A stretch of DNA of 64,000 nt, from positions 234-64,233 of the forward strand of contig JADFJB010000001.1 in NCBI GenBank assembly GCA_022566355.1. The letters are read 5' to 3'. Position numbers and translations under genes: made by a program. The DNA comes from Candidatus Zhuqueibacterota bacterium. Lineage in GTDB: Bacteria > Zhuqueibacterota > JdFR-76 > DREG01. Below are positions 48,787-59,094 of this stretch, in pieces; positions within the stretch are counted from its first letter, which is position 1, and each line of letters opens with the position of its first letter. Under the pieces are notes generated by a model. That model did no database searches and was not told where the DNA came from. It saw only the letters and a list, made by a program, of their open reading frames with translations.

Positions 48787-51375
48787 CTACCTACTCTTTT
48801 TCTTTCCACTCATTTTCTTTTCACGGTTCATTTCAATGATGTCCACTGTGTAAGCATAATTTCCAATCAAATGTTTGCAAAAATAATCCGATCTTAACCA
48901 GAAAAAATATTCGTTCATATCGCCATAACCATGTCTCTGTCCCGGAAATACAAAGAAATCAAAGCGTTTGTTTGCTTTGATTAAAGCATTCGCCAACCGA
49001 ATTGTGCCGGCAGGATGAACGTTGTTATCGATATCGCCAGTGGTTATTAACAAACGTCCTTTTAAATTTTTAGCAATTTCCGAATTCTTCTCGATATCGT
49101 ATTCAAATTTGATGTTGCCGTCTTTGTCCGTAACCTCTTTGACGCCATGGTGTTTTTCACTCCACCAGCGATTATAGACATTATTTTCATGATTTCCTGA
49201 TGAAGAAACGGCCACTTTAAAGAAATCCGGGTAAACAAGCATTGCGGCTGTTGACATAAAACCACCGCCCGAATGACCAAAGATCCCCACTTTGTCGATG
49301 TCGATAAATGGATACCGATCCGCTAGTTGTTCGATGGCTGCTTTTTTGTCTGCCAATCCATAATCACGGAGATTGCCATATCCATAGTTGTGGTACCATT
49401 TTGAGCGGCTTGGATGACCGCCGCGGTTGCCCACAGTAATGACTATAAATCCAAACTGGGCCAGCCGATCGGTTCTGTCCATCCGGGTAGAAAAAGATTT
49501 GCTGACCGACTCAGTTTGGGGACCGGGATATACATAGGCAATGATCGGGTATTTCCTGGTGGAATCGAAATCGAAAGGTTTATATATGACGCCGTACAAA
49601 TCCGTAATACCATCATCTGCTTTCACTCGGTAGGGTTTCGGAAATTTGTAGCCGGCCTGCATCAATAATGACAGATCTGCAGTCTCCAGGTCCACAATTT
49701 TGTTGCCGCGATTATCCCGCACTTCTGATTTTGGCGTTGTATCCACACTGGAATACGTATTGACAAAAAAGCGATTGGAGTCGCTGGGGCGAGCCGTGTG
49801 GTTATAGTTGCCAGGATTCAACAGCGTAAGTCCCGTACCGTTAAAATTTACTTTATATAAATGCCTGTAGTAAGGGTCTTCATTGGATTCGTGGGCATTC
49901 GCTGTAAAATAGAGAACCCGGTTTTCAGCATCGATCCCGGAGATGTTTTCACTGTGAAAAGGACCTGAAGTAATTTGATTCTTTAGATTACCGTTTCCAT
50001 CATAAAGATAAAAATGAGCCCAACCATCCCGTTCAGACCAGTGGATCAATTCTTGGCCGTTGTTGACAAGTCCAAGTCGGCGAGTTTCCACATAAGTGTT
50101 GAGCCTTTCCTCAATCAAAACTTTGACTTCGCCAGTGGCTGCATCCGCAACACAAATATCGATCCGGTGCAGGTCGCGACTGGTTCTGGTGAAGTAAACT
50201 TTATCCGGAGTTTCTGCTAACCAAAGACTGGGTCTATTGTCATCATCACGATTCTTCGCTAATCGCGCTGCGGTAATGATGGAAACCTGCTGATCTTTAA
50301 ATTCATCTTCCTGGACAACTATCTTTTCTTCCGAGGATAAATCAAAAACCAGGAGCTCAACCTGGGAAGCTTCCGATTCACCTGGCATGTTATATTTATA
50401 GGTTTCCAATGTGGGCCTGGGATTTGCTACAGAATTGATAACCCATAAATCCTTAACCTCACGACTGTCGGAACGAGTCATTGCAAACTTTTTTGAATTG
50501 CGGGACCAGACGATCCGAACTGATTTTCGTTTATCTTTGTTCTTTACCTTGTCAACATTAGTCTCACCTCGGCTCCGGCCCTGGTAGCTATAATACTCTT
50601 CACCATCAGTCGTCAAAGGGTGCTCCACTATTGTAGAATCCTCTTTTGTAGAATCCTCTTCGCTCTCGACGGCTTTCAGGTAATTCTCCATGTCCATCCA
50701 GAACAGGTTGTAGTTTTTGGAAAAGATAACAACTGAACTATCCGGAGCTATAGATGCCCAATCCGGTCTTTTCTTCGGTTTTTTATAATCTTCTACGATG
50801 GTTAGTTTTCCTGTGGAAAGCCTGTATTCAAAAAAGAAGATCTTTTTCTTGGGTTTTTTATTTTTTACTTTTTTCTTGTCATCCTTTTTTTCTTCCTTTT
50901 TTTGATCTTCTTTTTTCTCTTCCTTTTCCTCTTTTTCTTCTTTCTTCTCATCTTGCGAACTTTCTACTTCAAAGAAGATTGCCGTTTCATTCTTTATGAA
51001 TTTGATTTTATCAATTGGAAGGTGTTTGGCATCATAAGGGTCTTTGGTTATCCGAGTCAGCATGGCAGCTATTTTAACATTATCGAAAATTGGGCGCTTC
51101 GTTCGTTTAACCGGATCAACTATGTAAAATGTCTTGCCTTCGCTAGTTTCGAAGGAGTACCAAAATCGGTTACTTAGCTTAAGCCAATGTGGATCCACGG
51201 ATGTACTAAAAACCATTTTTTTCATCTTGTTTGGCGAAAACTTAGAAGCCAGCAGGTAGTTGGCTTTATCGATGGGTTTATTTTGGCCTGATAAACTTGC
51301 AGATTGAAATACAAGGGCTGTCAACGCGATTACAATAATAATACTTCTTTTCATAGCATGTTCCTTCCTAATCAA
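48787..51375 (-). CDS. S9-family serine peptidase (DPP-IV/prolyl-oligopeptidase type) with Lys/Glu-rich low-complexity insert
   Basis: Signal peptide. N-terminal beta-propeller region. GHSGGGFMS nucleophile elbow with downstream Asp/His. Insert DEKKEEKEEKEEKKEDQKKEEKKDDKKKVKNKKPKKK encoded by a ttcttcc/ttttt simple repeat (about 50860-50960). Confidence 0.85.
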   Translation of the reverse strand: MIRKEHAMKRSIIIVIALTALVFQSASLSGQNKPIDKANYLLASKFSPNKMKKMVFSTSVDPHWLKLSNRFWYSFETSEGKTFYIVDPVKRTKRPIFDNVKIAAMLTRITKDPYDAKHLPIDKIKFIKNETAIFFEVESSQDEKKEEKEEKEEKKEDQKKEEKKDDKKKVKNKKPKKKIFFFEYRLSTGKLTIVEDYKKPKKRPDWASIAPDSSVVIFSKNYNLFWMDMENYLKAVESEEDSTKEDSTIVEHPLTTDGEEYYSYQGRSRGETNVDKVKNKDKRKSVRIVWSRNSKKFAMTRSDSREVKDLWVINSVANPRPTLETYKYNMPGESEASQVELLVFDLSSEEKIVVQEDEFKDQQVSIITAARLAKNRDDDNRPSLWLAETPDKVYFTRTSRDLHRIDICVADAATGEVKVLIEERLNTYVETRRLGLVNNGQELIHWSERDGWAHFYLYDGNGNLKNQITSGPFHSENISGIDAENRVLYFTANAHESNEDPYYRHLYKVNFNGTGLTLLNPGNYNHTARPSDSNRFFVNTYSSVDTTPKSEVRDNRGNKIVDLETADLSLLMQAGYKFPKPYRVKADDGITDLYGVIYKPFDFDSTRKYPIIAYVYPGPQTESVSKSFSTRMDRTDRLAQFGFIVITVGNRGGHPSRSKWYHNYGYGNLRDYGLADKKAAIEQLADRYPFIDIDKVGIFGHSGGGFMSTAAMLVYPDFFKVAVSSSGNHENNVYNRWWSEKHHGVKEVTDKDGNIKFEYDIEKNSEIAKNLKGRLLITTGDIDNNVHPAGTIRLANALIKANKRFDFFVFPGQRHGYGDMNEYFFWLRSDYFCKHLIGNYAYTVDIIEMNREKKMSGKKKSR

Positions 51376-52053
51376 TTAATTAATTGTTCAGAATTCAGTA
51401 AGTAAGGGTGAATAATAGAGTGAGATTCTCATTCTCATTCGAAATTCAGATTACTTCTTAATAAGAAAAAATATCTACTAAAAAGTCAATGAATTAATAT
51501 CAATAAATATGAATTCACCAAAAACTTGTGGGATTTGTTCATAAAAATAATTCAGAAAAGACTAGCTTTTAAAATTCGAAGAAATTTTGTTTTTGGGTTA
51601 TGAACCACAAGGCTATTTTTGGAATTTAGTAACATAATTGTAACTGTTGAAAATTGGCGGATATTTAATATACTGAAATCCTTTAAAAAACACCGGTAAA
51701 AATGAAACCTATTTTTCTGTAAAAGATGTTTCAAATTGAACCAATTATAATAAATCGTGCAATATTTCTTGGATATTGATTTAATTTGAAACAAATTATT
51801 TATCCTATCGCTTCAATTTAAAAAACAATCGAATCAACAATTTCATGCCTTTCTAACCTGCTGTGTGCACAAATATCGACCAACCCACAAATAGTTGCCG
51901 GATATTTCCCTATAAAAATAGAGAATTTGACCGGATTAGTCAGGTTCAAAGTAAAAAAACCCTTTATTAGAATATTTATAAGATATTAAATAATAATAAG
52001 TTAAATCAACATTTATTTAACAAAAAATGTATGATTTTTACAATTTATCAATA

Positions 52054-52069
52054 TGGCATAATCCTTGCT
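52054..52069 (+). promoter_or_regulatory. sigma54 (-24/-12) type promoter upstream of REC-DUF4388 gene
   Basis: TGGCAT-aatcc-TTGCT matches TGGCAC-N5-TTGCW with correct GG-to-GC spacing. ~38 bp upstream of ATG 52107. A sigma54-dependent activator is encoded in the same cluster. Confidence 0.5.
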
Positions 52070-52106
52070 GAGCATCTCGTAAAAGATGTTTTAGATTTAG
52101 TTAATA

Positions 52107-52736
52107 GTGGATAAAAGAACAATGAATATGCCTGAACACAGAGTTCTGATTGTAGATGATGAAGAAGATTTAACCTGGAGCATCACCAAGAGCTTAAAAA
52201 GGGAAAATCGAATTTCAGAGGTAAATTCTTTCAACTCAGGTAGCGAAGCGTTAGAAATTCTACAAAATGAAAGAGTAGATCTATTGGTCACTGATCTGCG
52301 CATGCCGGGAATTAATGGTTTTGCACTTATTAAGTATATTCAAGAAAAGAAATTAAATACAAAAATCATCATTATGACAGCCTATAGATCCGAAGAAATT
52401 CTAAATAAAGTTTTAATGGATGATAAGTGTAGTTTCATAGAAAAACCATTTGAGATGAGTAGTTTGAAGCAAAAGATCTATAAAATTCTTGAGCCTGTGC
52501 CATTAAAAGTTAAGAACGATGCAAGCAGGAAAATTCTTCATCTTTTAGATACAACAACGACCATCGATGATCTTCGGGTTACTTTGGTCAGTGGGAGTAA
52601 GAAGGGTCGTTTATACATTTCCAAAGGGCAGATCTATCAGGCAGAATTAGGATATATGAATGGAAAAAATGCACTCGATGAAATGCTAAATTGGGATCAT
52701 TGTAGATTAGAAGTTGAATCTCCTCAAAACCCATAA
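52107..52736 (+). CDS. response-regulator receiver fused to DUF4388 (PATAN-like) domain
   Basis: REC motifs (VLIVDDEEDL..., DLLVTDLRMPGINGF, KIIIMTAY). C-terminal RLYISKGQIYQAELGYMNGKNALDEMLNWDHCRLEVE matches the DUF4388 pattern (G.iyhA..g...GeeA...l.W..G.F). Confidence 0.7.
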   Translation: MDKRTMNMPEHRVLIVDDEEDLTWSITKSLKRENRISEVNSFNSGSEALEILQNERVDLLVTDLRMPGINGFALIKYIQEKKLNTKIIIMTAYRSEEILNKVLMDDKCSFIEKPFEMSSLKQKIYKILEPVPLKVKNDASRKILHLLDTTTTIDDLRVTLVSGSKKGRLYISKGQIYQAELGYMNGKNALDEMLNWDHCRLEVESPQNP

Positions 52737-52840
52737 TTTTGTTGAAGAGTAGTTTGAAAACCCGATGAAAAATAATTTTAGATTTAAGGAAATCACTAAT
52801 TGTTTCCGATAAATAGAATTAATAAACTAAAAATGTTTTA

Positions 52841-53650
52841 TTGAATTCCAGGAGTAGTTGCATGGGCGAAGTTGTTTCAATTGCAAGTCAAAAAGGTGGT
52901 GTTGGTAAAACCACAACAGCGGTAAATTTGGGTGCTGCATTTGCTCATCTTAATTATAGAACATTAATAATAGATTTGGATCCGCAGGGAGGTATAGCCT
53001 CTAGTTTCGGGATGAGTCGCTATGATATAAAGGGTGGAATTCTACAACTATTCACAGAAAATATGCCTATTGAACAAACAATCCATTCTACCGAACTGAG
53101 TAATTTAGACTTAATTCCATGCAATGTTTGGTCCGATGACGATGAAAAAAGGAAACTAATCGGATCATCCGCAGAATCAAAACTGAAAGCTTGCTTACGT
53201 TCCATTAAAGAGGATTATGATTATTTTCTTATCGACTGTCCCCCAGCTTTGGGGAATCTAACTTATAATGGTTTGATTGCATCGGATTCGATAATTGTTC
53301 CAATTCAATGTGAATATTATGCTTTAAAGGCTTTAGGGCGTTTTTTAAAATTAACACGGACAATCAAAGAAGAATATAATCCATCATTGAAGTACCGTGG
53401 ATTCTTACTAACCATGTATGATTCGAGGAATAATTTAACCAAACGGGTTGTCGAAAAAGTAAAATATACCCTAAAGGGGATGGTGTTTGAAACGGTTATT
53501 CCACGAAATGTCAGGCTGGCAGAAGTGCCTTATTATGGCCGGCCCGTTATGCTTTTTGATCAAAAGTGTAAAGGTAGTCAAAGTTATATGCAGTTGGCGG
53601 AGGAGATGGTTGCTTCAAATCAAATTCAAATCAAGAAAGAAGTTGCCTAA
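52841..53650 (+). CDS. ParA/Soj/MinD-family P-loop ATPase (orphan; no parB adjacent)
   Basis: Deviant Walker A IASQKGGVGKTTTAVNLGAAFA (likely start at Met 52862). IIDLDPQG, and DYFLIDCPPALG Walker B region. Confidence 0.85.
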   Translation: MNSRSSCMGEVVSIASQKGGVGKTTTAVNLGAAFAHLNYRTLIIDLDPQGGIASSFGMSRYDIKGGILQLFTENMPIEQTIHSTELSNLDLIPCNVWSDDDEKRKLIGSSAESKLKACLRSIKEDYDYFLIDCPPALGNLTYNGLIASDSIIVPIQCEYYALKALGRFLKLTRTIKEEYNPSLKYRGFLLTMYDSRNNLTKRVVEKVKYTLKGMVFETVIPRNVRLAEVPYYGRPVMLFDQKCKGSQSYMQLAEEMVASNQIQIKKEVA

Positions 53651-53653
53651 AAA

Positions 53654-54355
53654 TTGAAAGGTAAGCGAATGGTCATACGATTTCTTAGACGTCTCACGGT
53701 TTTGGTCGTGGTGGCGGTAGCGGTGGCGTTGGGAATCAGTGCAATTGGGTTCACTTTACACCGAATTGAAACATTTCATTTTTTTACGTTTAACAACAGA
53801 ATGGAGGGTTCAATAAAAGAAATTGAAGGCTCTATAAAAGTAGATCAACAACGACAAAATGTAACAATTAGAATTATTAGTATCATTGATAAATATAATC
53901 CTACTATGTCAACTGAGTTAAAGCAAGTAATAGCAGATTTGATTTATAAAATGGAAGTTAAATATGATAATCTGAACGTAGATCTAATCTGTGCAACAAT
54001 TACGCATGAAAGTGCCCGGACATGGGATCCAAAAGTTATTTCACCGGTAGGTGCGATGGGTTTAATGCAAATAATGCCTAAGACCGGCCAATTTCTAGTT
54101 GAATATGAAAATTTAAAATGGACTTCAGCAGAAGAGATTCTCAATAATCCAATTTATAATGTTCGTATGGGATGTCGATATCTTTCGATGTTAATTGATT
54201 TTTATGGCATCGAAGGAGCTCTAGCTGCTTATAATGGTGGAGAAAAACGAGCTGCAATGTGGCTTGCTAACAATAAAGCTGATGGGATTTTATGGGAAGA
54301 AACTCAGAATTATGTACCTGCTGTAATGAAATTATACCGTAAATTTCAGAATTAG
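53654..54355 (+). CDS. lytic transglycosylase (SLT domain) with N-terminal membrane anchor
   Basis: N-terminal TM. SLT catalytic region ITHESARTWDPKVISPVGAMGLMQIMPKTG ... AYNGGEKRA. Confidence 0.8.
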   Translation: MKGKRMVIRFLRRLTVLVVVAVAVALGISAIGFTLHRIETFHFFTFNNRMEGSIKEIEGSIKVDQQRQNVTIRIISIIDKYNPTMSTELKQVIADLIYKMEVKYDNLNVDLICATITHESARTWDPKVISPVGAMGLMQIMPKTGQFLVEYENLKWTSAEEILNNPIYNVRMGCRYLSMLIDFYGIEGALAAYNGGEKRAAMWLANNKADGILWEETQNYVPAVMKLYRKFQN

Positions 54356-54366
54356 GAGATACGTAT

Positions 54367-57267
54367 ATGTCGACAATTCAGACTTCTCCTGAACAAACTA
54401 ATGAAGCAGGTTTCAACGAAACTTTATTGGAGCGCTTTTTCAACCCAAAAAGCTATTTCCTCCAAAAATTTATGACTTCTCTTAATAAGAGTGATTCTTC
54501 TGTTCCTGAGACAGCGCATGCCGTTACTGTTGGTTTAATTATGGATGAAATCATCAATTCGGAAAATAAACTAAGATTATTTAAACAGCTAGATCAGTTT
54601 GATGAATTTCGCAGGTATCATGAACAATTAGATTACGGTATCGATTGCTTAAAGAATTCCAGGTTAACTACCCAGCAGATGATGGACATCGTAGGAGCCC
54701 TTGGGCAATCTCTTTCATCCACACTTCTGGATCTCTTATCTAAAGAGTCTACCAAATCCATGCTACTTGATATATTCGGATTAGAATCAACTAGTAATGG
54801 CAATGGTAATGATCATTCTTCAATGTCTAAAGATTCATTAAATGATGAGATAAAGAAAATCGACGATGTCCTCTCTCTTGAATCATTGTCTTTTAATGAT
54901 GAAGATGAAATTCCTCAACAAAGTGAATTAAGCTCGGAAACTGAAATTGTATTTTCTTCTAAACCAAAACCTGAATTTCCTGTTCTAAAAGTAGACGAGA
55001 AAGAAACAGGAGAATTAGGTGATGAAACAGAGAATTCACTTTTCCAAGATTCACAACCAGAAACACCCGTAACTAAAATTGAGGAACAAGGACCAGAGGA
55101 ATTAAGCTCGGAAACTGAAATTGTATTTTCTTCTAAACCAAAACCTGAATTTCCTGTTCTAAAGGGAGACGAGAAAGAAACAGGAGAATTAGGTGATGAA
55201 ACAGAGAATTCACTGTTCCAAGATTCACAACCAGAAACACCCGTAACTAAAATTGATGAGAAAGATTCGGTGAAATTAATCGATGAAATTGAAAAATCGA
55301 TTTTTCATGAGTTAAAATCCGAACCGCTGGTTGATAAAGCAGAAGAATCAAAGTCGGAAAAATTAACAATTGAATCTGATAATCTGTCATTCACCGAATC
55401 AAAGATTGAGCCACACGAACCTCATGTGGAACTGAAAACTGAGAATTTAAAACCGGTAAATGAACTATTTAATCCTCAAGAATCTGACGGATTCCCTTTA
55501 CATTCCGATCTTAACGAACCAACTGGATTTAAAGAAAAGCCAAAAGATCTAAATGGTAACGAGATTGTTCAACAATTTGCCAAGTTGGATGAGATTGAAA
55601 GTATCGAACCCAATCCAACCGATTTACAACCTTGGTCCTATTTCCAGGATGATGTAAGTAATAAATTAAGAAGCATACGGAAAAATATTGATAATTTCTG
55701 CCTGAATGCAAACGATTGGAAATCATTTAAAAAAATCAAAAATGATTTTAAAGATTTGCGCGATGGGGCGATGATCCAAGGTGATGAAGGAATTGAAGCG
55801 CTCTCATTCAAGGTATTGCTGTTATTTGAAACTGCATACATGAAAGGAATAGAAAAACGATCAATTCTTAAGAACATTCTCAACGACGCCTGGGAAGCCG
55901 TTGCTGTTGTCAACAGCTCCGGAAAAGGCAGCGAGAGATTGGATATCGTTAGATTGGTAGCACATCAAATTGATAAACAAAGAGAAGTTTACCCGGAAGA
56001 ATTGTTCGTCCAAAATGGCAAAACAGAAAAAGCTGCTCCAATAATCGAGAAAGTTGATGTCAAAGAAAATTCAAATAATTTCTCCAAAAAGACAAACGAA
56101 GAACCAATTGTTATCCTGAATAAGCCTGAACTTGAAGAAATCTACGAGTTCAATGAACCCGAGCCTTCCATAAATGAAACAGAAATACACGATGAACATG
56201 TCGACACGGTAGAATTTAAATCAATTCGTGAATCCGAGCTTCTTACCGAACTTATGGAGGAACAACTAGAGGCTGAAGAAGATTCTGTAAATCGATCCCA
56301 ATTATCTGAAAATCTAAGTCTTAAAGAACATCCGGATTCGAACTTAGATAGACAGATTGATTCTTTAAGCGATGTATCTAAAACAACAGGGGAATCAGAT
56401 TTAATGGAATCAAGCGATTTACCATTGACAGAGCCAGAACCTTCTTCTTCTAAACAGCCACAACCTGTTGCAATAAATTTGCCAGGAGAAGCTGATGAAG
56501 ATTTGCTCGAAATATTGGAAGATATTAAAAATGAAGAATCGCAGCTAAACTTAGTTGAACCGGCGAATAGTGAATCTCAAAGTGAGCAAGTAGAAGATCA
56601 AAATGAATCCAACTTTGATTTTTACATAGAAAAGTTGCAGAAGGATTATGAAGCCAATCAAACTAAACATCCGGAAAATAGCAAAAATGATCATAATGGC
56701 TCTTCACAACCTGACCCAGGAAACGGTGGGATTAAAGGGAACATAAAGTCGGGTGACACAGGGGATGGCTACGATTTTGTTTCGGAATCTGATATGTATT
56801 TTTCTTTTGCCCGAAAGTCTCTTCAAAACTTGATGAGAAATCCTTCTGATTCACAATCACTGGAAGACATTGAGCTGGCATTTTACTCATTAAAAACTTT
56901 AGCCAAAAAACTTGGTTATAAAACCATTTATCAGTTGATGGCTTATGCGGAAAATTTGATAAGTAACAAAAAGGAAAATGAATCTTCCATGACCGTAACC
57001 CAGGTTAATGGTCTATACACGGCAGTTTCCGAAATTGAACATGCTTGCAGAGAGAAAAGATTAAACGAGCCGGAAAGGCAATCCTGGATTAATCAGCAAA
57101 TAAAAATCATTCAAGGATGGAGTGAAATTCCAGCCTCTTTAGAGAAAGAGGAAATCGATGTTTCACCTGTTCAACTTGAGAAGAAAGAAAATCCATCAGA
57201 TGATCCGTTAGATTTTTTATTATTTGATGACACTTCAAAATTTTTTAAGCAGTTGTTAAGAGAGTAA
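54367..57267 (+). CDS. 966-aa highly acidic, low-complexity repeat protein, hypothetical
   Basis: Glu/Asp/Ser-rich, with a perfect-ish 52-aa internal repeat. Two helical segments (LRDGAMIQGDEGIEALSFKVLLLFE; LEDIELAFYSLKTLAKKLGYKTIYQLMAYAENLI) resemble an Hpt-like four-helix module lacking the His. Confidence 0.6.
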   Translation: MSTIQTSPEQTNEAGFNETLLERFFNPKSYFLQKFMTSLNKSDSSVPETAHAVTVGLIMDEIINSENKLRLFKQLDQFDEFRRYHEQLDYGIDCLKNSRLTTQQMMDIVGALGQSLSSTLLDLLSKESTKSMLLDIFGLESTSNGNGNDHSSMSKDSLNDEIKKIDDVLSLESLSFNDEDEIPQQSELSSETEIVFSSKPKPEFPVLKVDEKETGELGDETENSLFQDSQPETPVTKIEEQGPEELSSETEIVFSSKPKPEFPVLKGDEKETGELGDETENSLFQDSQPETPVTKIDEKDSVKLIDEIEKSIFHELKSEPLVDKAEESKSEKLTIESDNLSFTESKIEPHEPHVELKTENLKPVNELFNPQESDGFPLHSDLNEPTGFKEKPKDLNGNEIVQQFAKLDEIESIEPNPTDLQPWSYFQDDVSNKLRSIRKNIDNFCLNANDWKSFKKIKNDFKDLRDGAMIQGDEGIEALSFKVLLLFETAYMKGIEKRSILKNILNDAWEAVAVVNSSGKGSERLDIVRLVAHQIDKQREVYPEELFVQNGKTEKAAPIIEKVDVKENSNNFSKKTNEEPIVILNKPELEEIYEFNEPEPSINETEIHDEHVDTVEFKSIRESELLTELMEEQLEAEEDSVNRSQLSENLSLKEHPDSNLDRQIDSLSDVSKTTGESDLMESSDLPLTEPEPSSSKQPQPVAINLPGEADEDLLEILEDIKNEESQLNLVEPANSESQSEQVEDQNESNFDFYIEKLQKDYEANQTKHPENSKNDHNGSSQPDPGNGGIKGNIKSGDTGDGYDFVSESDMYFSFARKSLQNLMRNPSDSQSLEDIELAFYSLKTLAKKLGYKTIYQLMAYAENLISNKKENESSMTVTQVNGLYTAVSEIEHACREKRLNEPERQSWINQQIKIIQGWSEIPASLEKEEIDVSPVQLEKKENPSDDPLDFLLFDDTSKFFKQLLRE
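54925..55253. repeat. ~156-bp tandem-like duplication (2 copies, 18-bp spacer, ~98% identical) inside acidic protein gene
   Basis: gaattaagctcggaaactgaaattgtattttcttctaaaccaaaacctgaatttcctgttctaaa...ccagaaacacccgtaactaaaatt occurs at 54925-55080 and 55099-55253. Confidence 0.85.
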
Positions 57268-57328
57268 ACATTTTTAATAATAAATCACTTTCAAGGATCT
57301 ATGAAATCAAATATCCAATAGGAATAAT

Positions 57329-59092
57329 ATGAAAGAGGACAAGAAAATTACATTTCAAAGTGATACTGACAAAGAGTTAGAAGCCCTGCTTAAATCGCAT
57401 AAAACGGTGATCAAGGTCATTGGGACGGGGGGCGCTGGGAATAATACCATTTCCAGGCTATTAGAAGCAGGTATTGATGATGTTCAAACCTATGCCATTA
57501 ATACCGATGCCCAGGATCTCCTTTTTACAAATGCTGATCATAAAATCCTGATTGGTAGAGAAATTACTAGTGGCCTGGGTGCAGGGAGTGATCCTAAAGT
57601 GGGTGAAGATTCGGCGGTTGAAAATGAGAATGAAATAAAAGCAATTGTAAGTGATGCGGATTTAGTTTTTGTCACGTGTGGACTGGGTGGCGGTACTGGA
57701 ACCGGTTCTGCACCGATTATAGCCGAATTGGCAAAAGAAGCAGGTGCATTAACCATATCTATAACAACATTGCCATTTTCAGAAGAAGGGGTAATGAGAA
57801 GAAATAATGCTGAGTATGGGCTGGAGCGGTTAAAAAAGAATTCCGATACCCTTATTGTAATTGAAAATGACAAATTGTTGGAGATTGATCCTGATGTGTC
57901 TTTGGATGAGGCGTTTCGTGTAGCTGACGATGTTTTAGTAAACGCTGTCAAAGGGATAACTGAATTGGTTACGCAAAAGGGCTTGGTTAATTTGGATTTT
58001 GCAGATATTCGAACAATAATGAAAGACGGTGGAACTGCATTAATCGGGATGGCTGAAAGTGAGTCACCTGATAGGGCCATAGATGCTGTTGAAAAAGCAG
58101 TAGCAAATCCCTTGATTGATCTAAAAATTGACGGTGCAAAAAGTGCATTGCTCAATATAACCGGCGGCAGGGATATGACAATCAGAGATGCAAAAACAGC
58201 CATGCATACTTTGGCGCGAAAATTAGATAAATCTGCAAAGATCATCTGGGGGGCTCGTATAAGTCCGGACCTTGATAAAAAAGTTTACGTGATGGTTTTA
58301 GCCACAGGGTTGAGTAATGATATGATTCCTTCTAATGTAGAATTGGTTTCCTATGAGAGTAACTCTAAAAAATTGGTCAAAAAAACATCTTACGGAACAA
58401 AAACCTCTTCCCAGCTCCTTGATGAAGAAAACGATAATGAAAGTTCATCTACGAAGACCGAAGCGCAATCTGTTGATGAAGAAAAACTAAACAGCTCTAA
58501 AAAGATTTTTTCTGAAATTATGGAAGAGGAGTCTGATGCAGATTTAAAGATTCTTTCTGATGTTATAATGGAACTTCAAGAAAACATCACTGACAGTGAT
58601 CAATGGGAAGAACTAAGGAAAGCAAGTTCTTCACTAGCTGGAACAGCACAAATGTTTGATTTCGATGATATTTCCAAGACGATGAACTTGGCCGAAGATT
58701 TCTTGGCCAGTATTATTTATAAAGATTTATTCTTTGAACAAGTTCTCGAATTGTTTACGGATATCCCAAACCATCTGCAATTGATGATCCGGAATGAGGC
58801 GGATTCCATGAAATGGGCACAAGAATTTAAAGTTAAAGCTGATTTATTAGCGAAATCAATTCGCAGCAATGATATTTCTACAAAAGAAGATTTCGTAAAA
58901 GAGTTAGAGAAGATTAACAAAGATATGGATAAGCATTTGGTTGAATCCGGTTATGATACAGAATCGGGTCCAGCTTCAACAGGGGACTCAAAAATGGATA
59001 GTGAAAAAACCTCGAAAGATGTTTCGAATGTAAATGATGCAATGCAATATGTGAAAAGCTTATTGCGCAAAGACGAAAATCCGTCAAAATAA
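57329..59092 (+). CDS. ftsZ: FtsZ-family tubulin-like GTPase with ~250-aa acidic C-terminal extension (FtsZ paralog or non-dcw FtsZ)
   Basis: Canonical FtsZ core: IKVIGTGGAGNNTISRL, AINTDAQDL, LGAGSDPKVG, DLVFVTCGLGGGTGTGSAPIIA, LIVIENDKLL, NLDFADIRTIMKDGGTALIGMAES, ALLNITGG. C-terminus lacks the usual conserved FtsA/ZipA-binding peptide and carries ELRKASSSLAGTAQMFDFDDISKTMNLAEDFL. No ftsA/ftsQ/mur genes nearby. Confidence 0.85.
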   Translation: MKEDKKITFQSDTDKELEALLKSHKTVIKVIGTGGAGNNTISRLLEAGIDDVQTYAINTDAQDLLFTNADHKILIGREITSGLGAGSDPKVGEDSAVENENEIKAIVSDADLVFVTCGLGGGTGTGSAPIIAELAKEAGALTISITTLPFSEEGVMRRNNAEYGLERLKKNSDTLIVIENDKLLEIDPDVSLDEAFRVADDVLVNAVKGITELVTQKGLVNLDFADIRTIMKDGGTALIGMAESESPDRAIDAVEKAVANPLIDLKIDGAKSALLNITGGRDMTIRDAKTAMHTLARKLDKSAKIIWGARISPDLDKKVYVMVLATGLSNDMIPSNVELVSYESNSKKLVKKTSYGTKTSSQLLDEENDNESSSTKTEAQSVDEEKLNSSKKIFSEIMEEESDADLKILSDVIMELQENITDSDQWEELRKASSSLAGTAQMFDFDDISKTMNLAEDFLASIIYKDLFFEQVLELFTDIPNHLQLMIRNEADSMKWAQEFKVKADLLAKSIRSNDISTKEDFVKELEKINKDMDKHLVESGYDTESGPASTGDSKMDSEKTSKDVSNVNDAMQYVKSLLRKDENPSK

Positions 59093-59094
59093 TA

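Noticed and set aside
51552-51794. 80-aa ORF in the 730-bp AT-rich spacer before the FtsZ-like cluster.
   Set aside because: Low-complexity, no RBS context, and it lies in a region better explained as a promoter/UAS region for the sigma54-driven operon.
55740-58720. Hpt (histidine phosphotransfer) domain calls for the helical motif shared by the FtsZ tail and the two acidic proteins.
   Set aside because: None of the segments has the conserved phospho-accepting His (H replaced by R/S/Y/G). It is therefore not annotated as Hpt and is kept only as a shared-motif observation in the findings.
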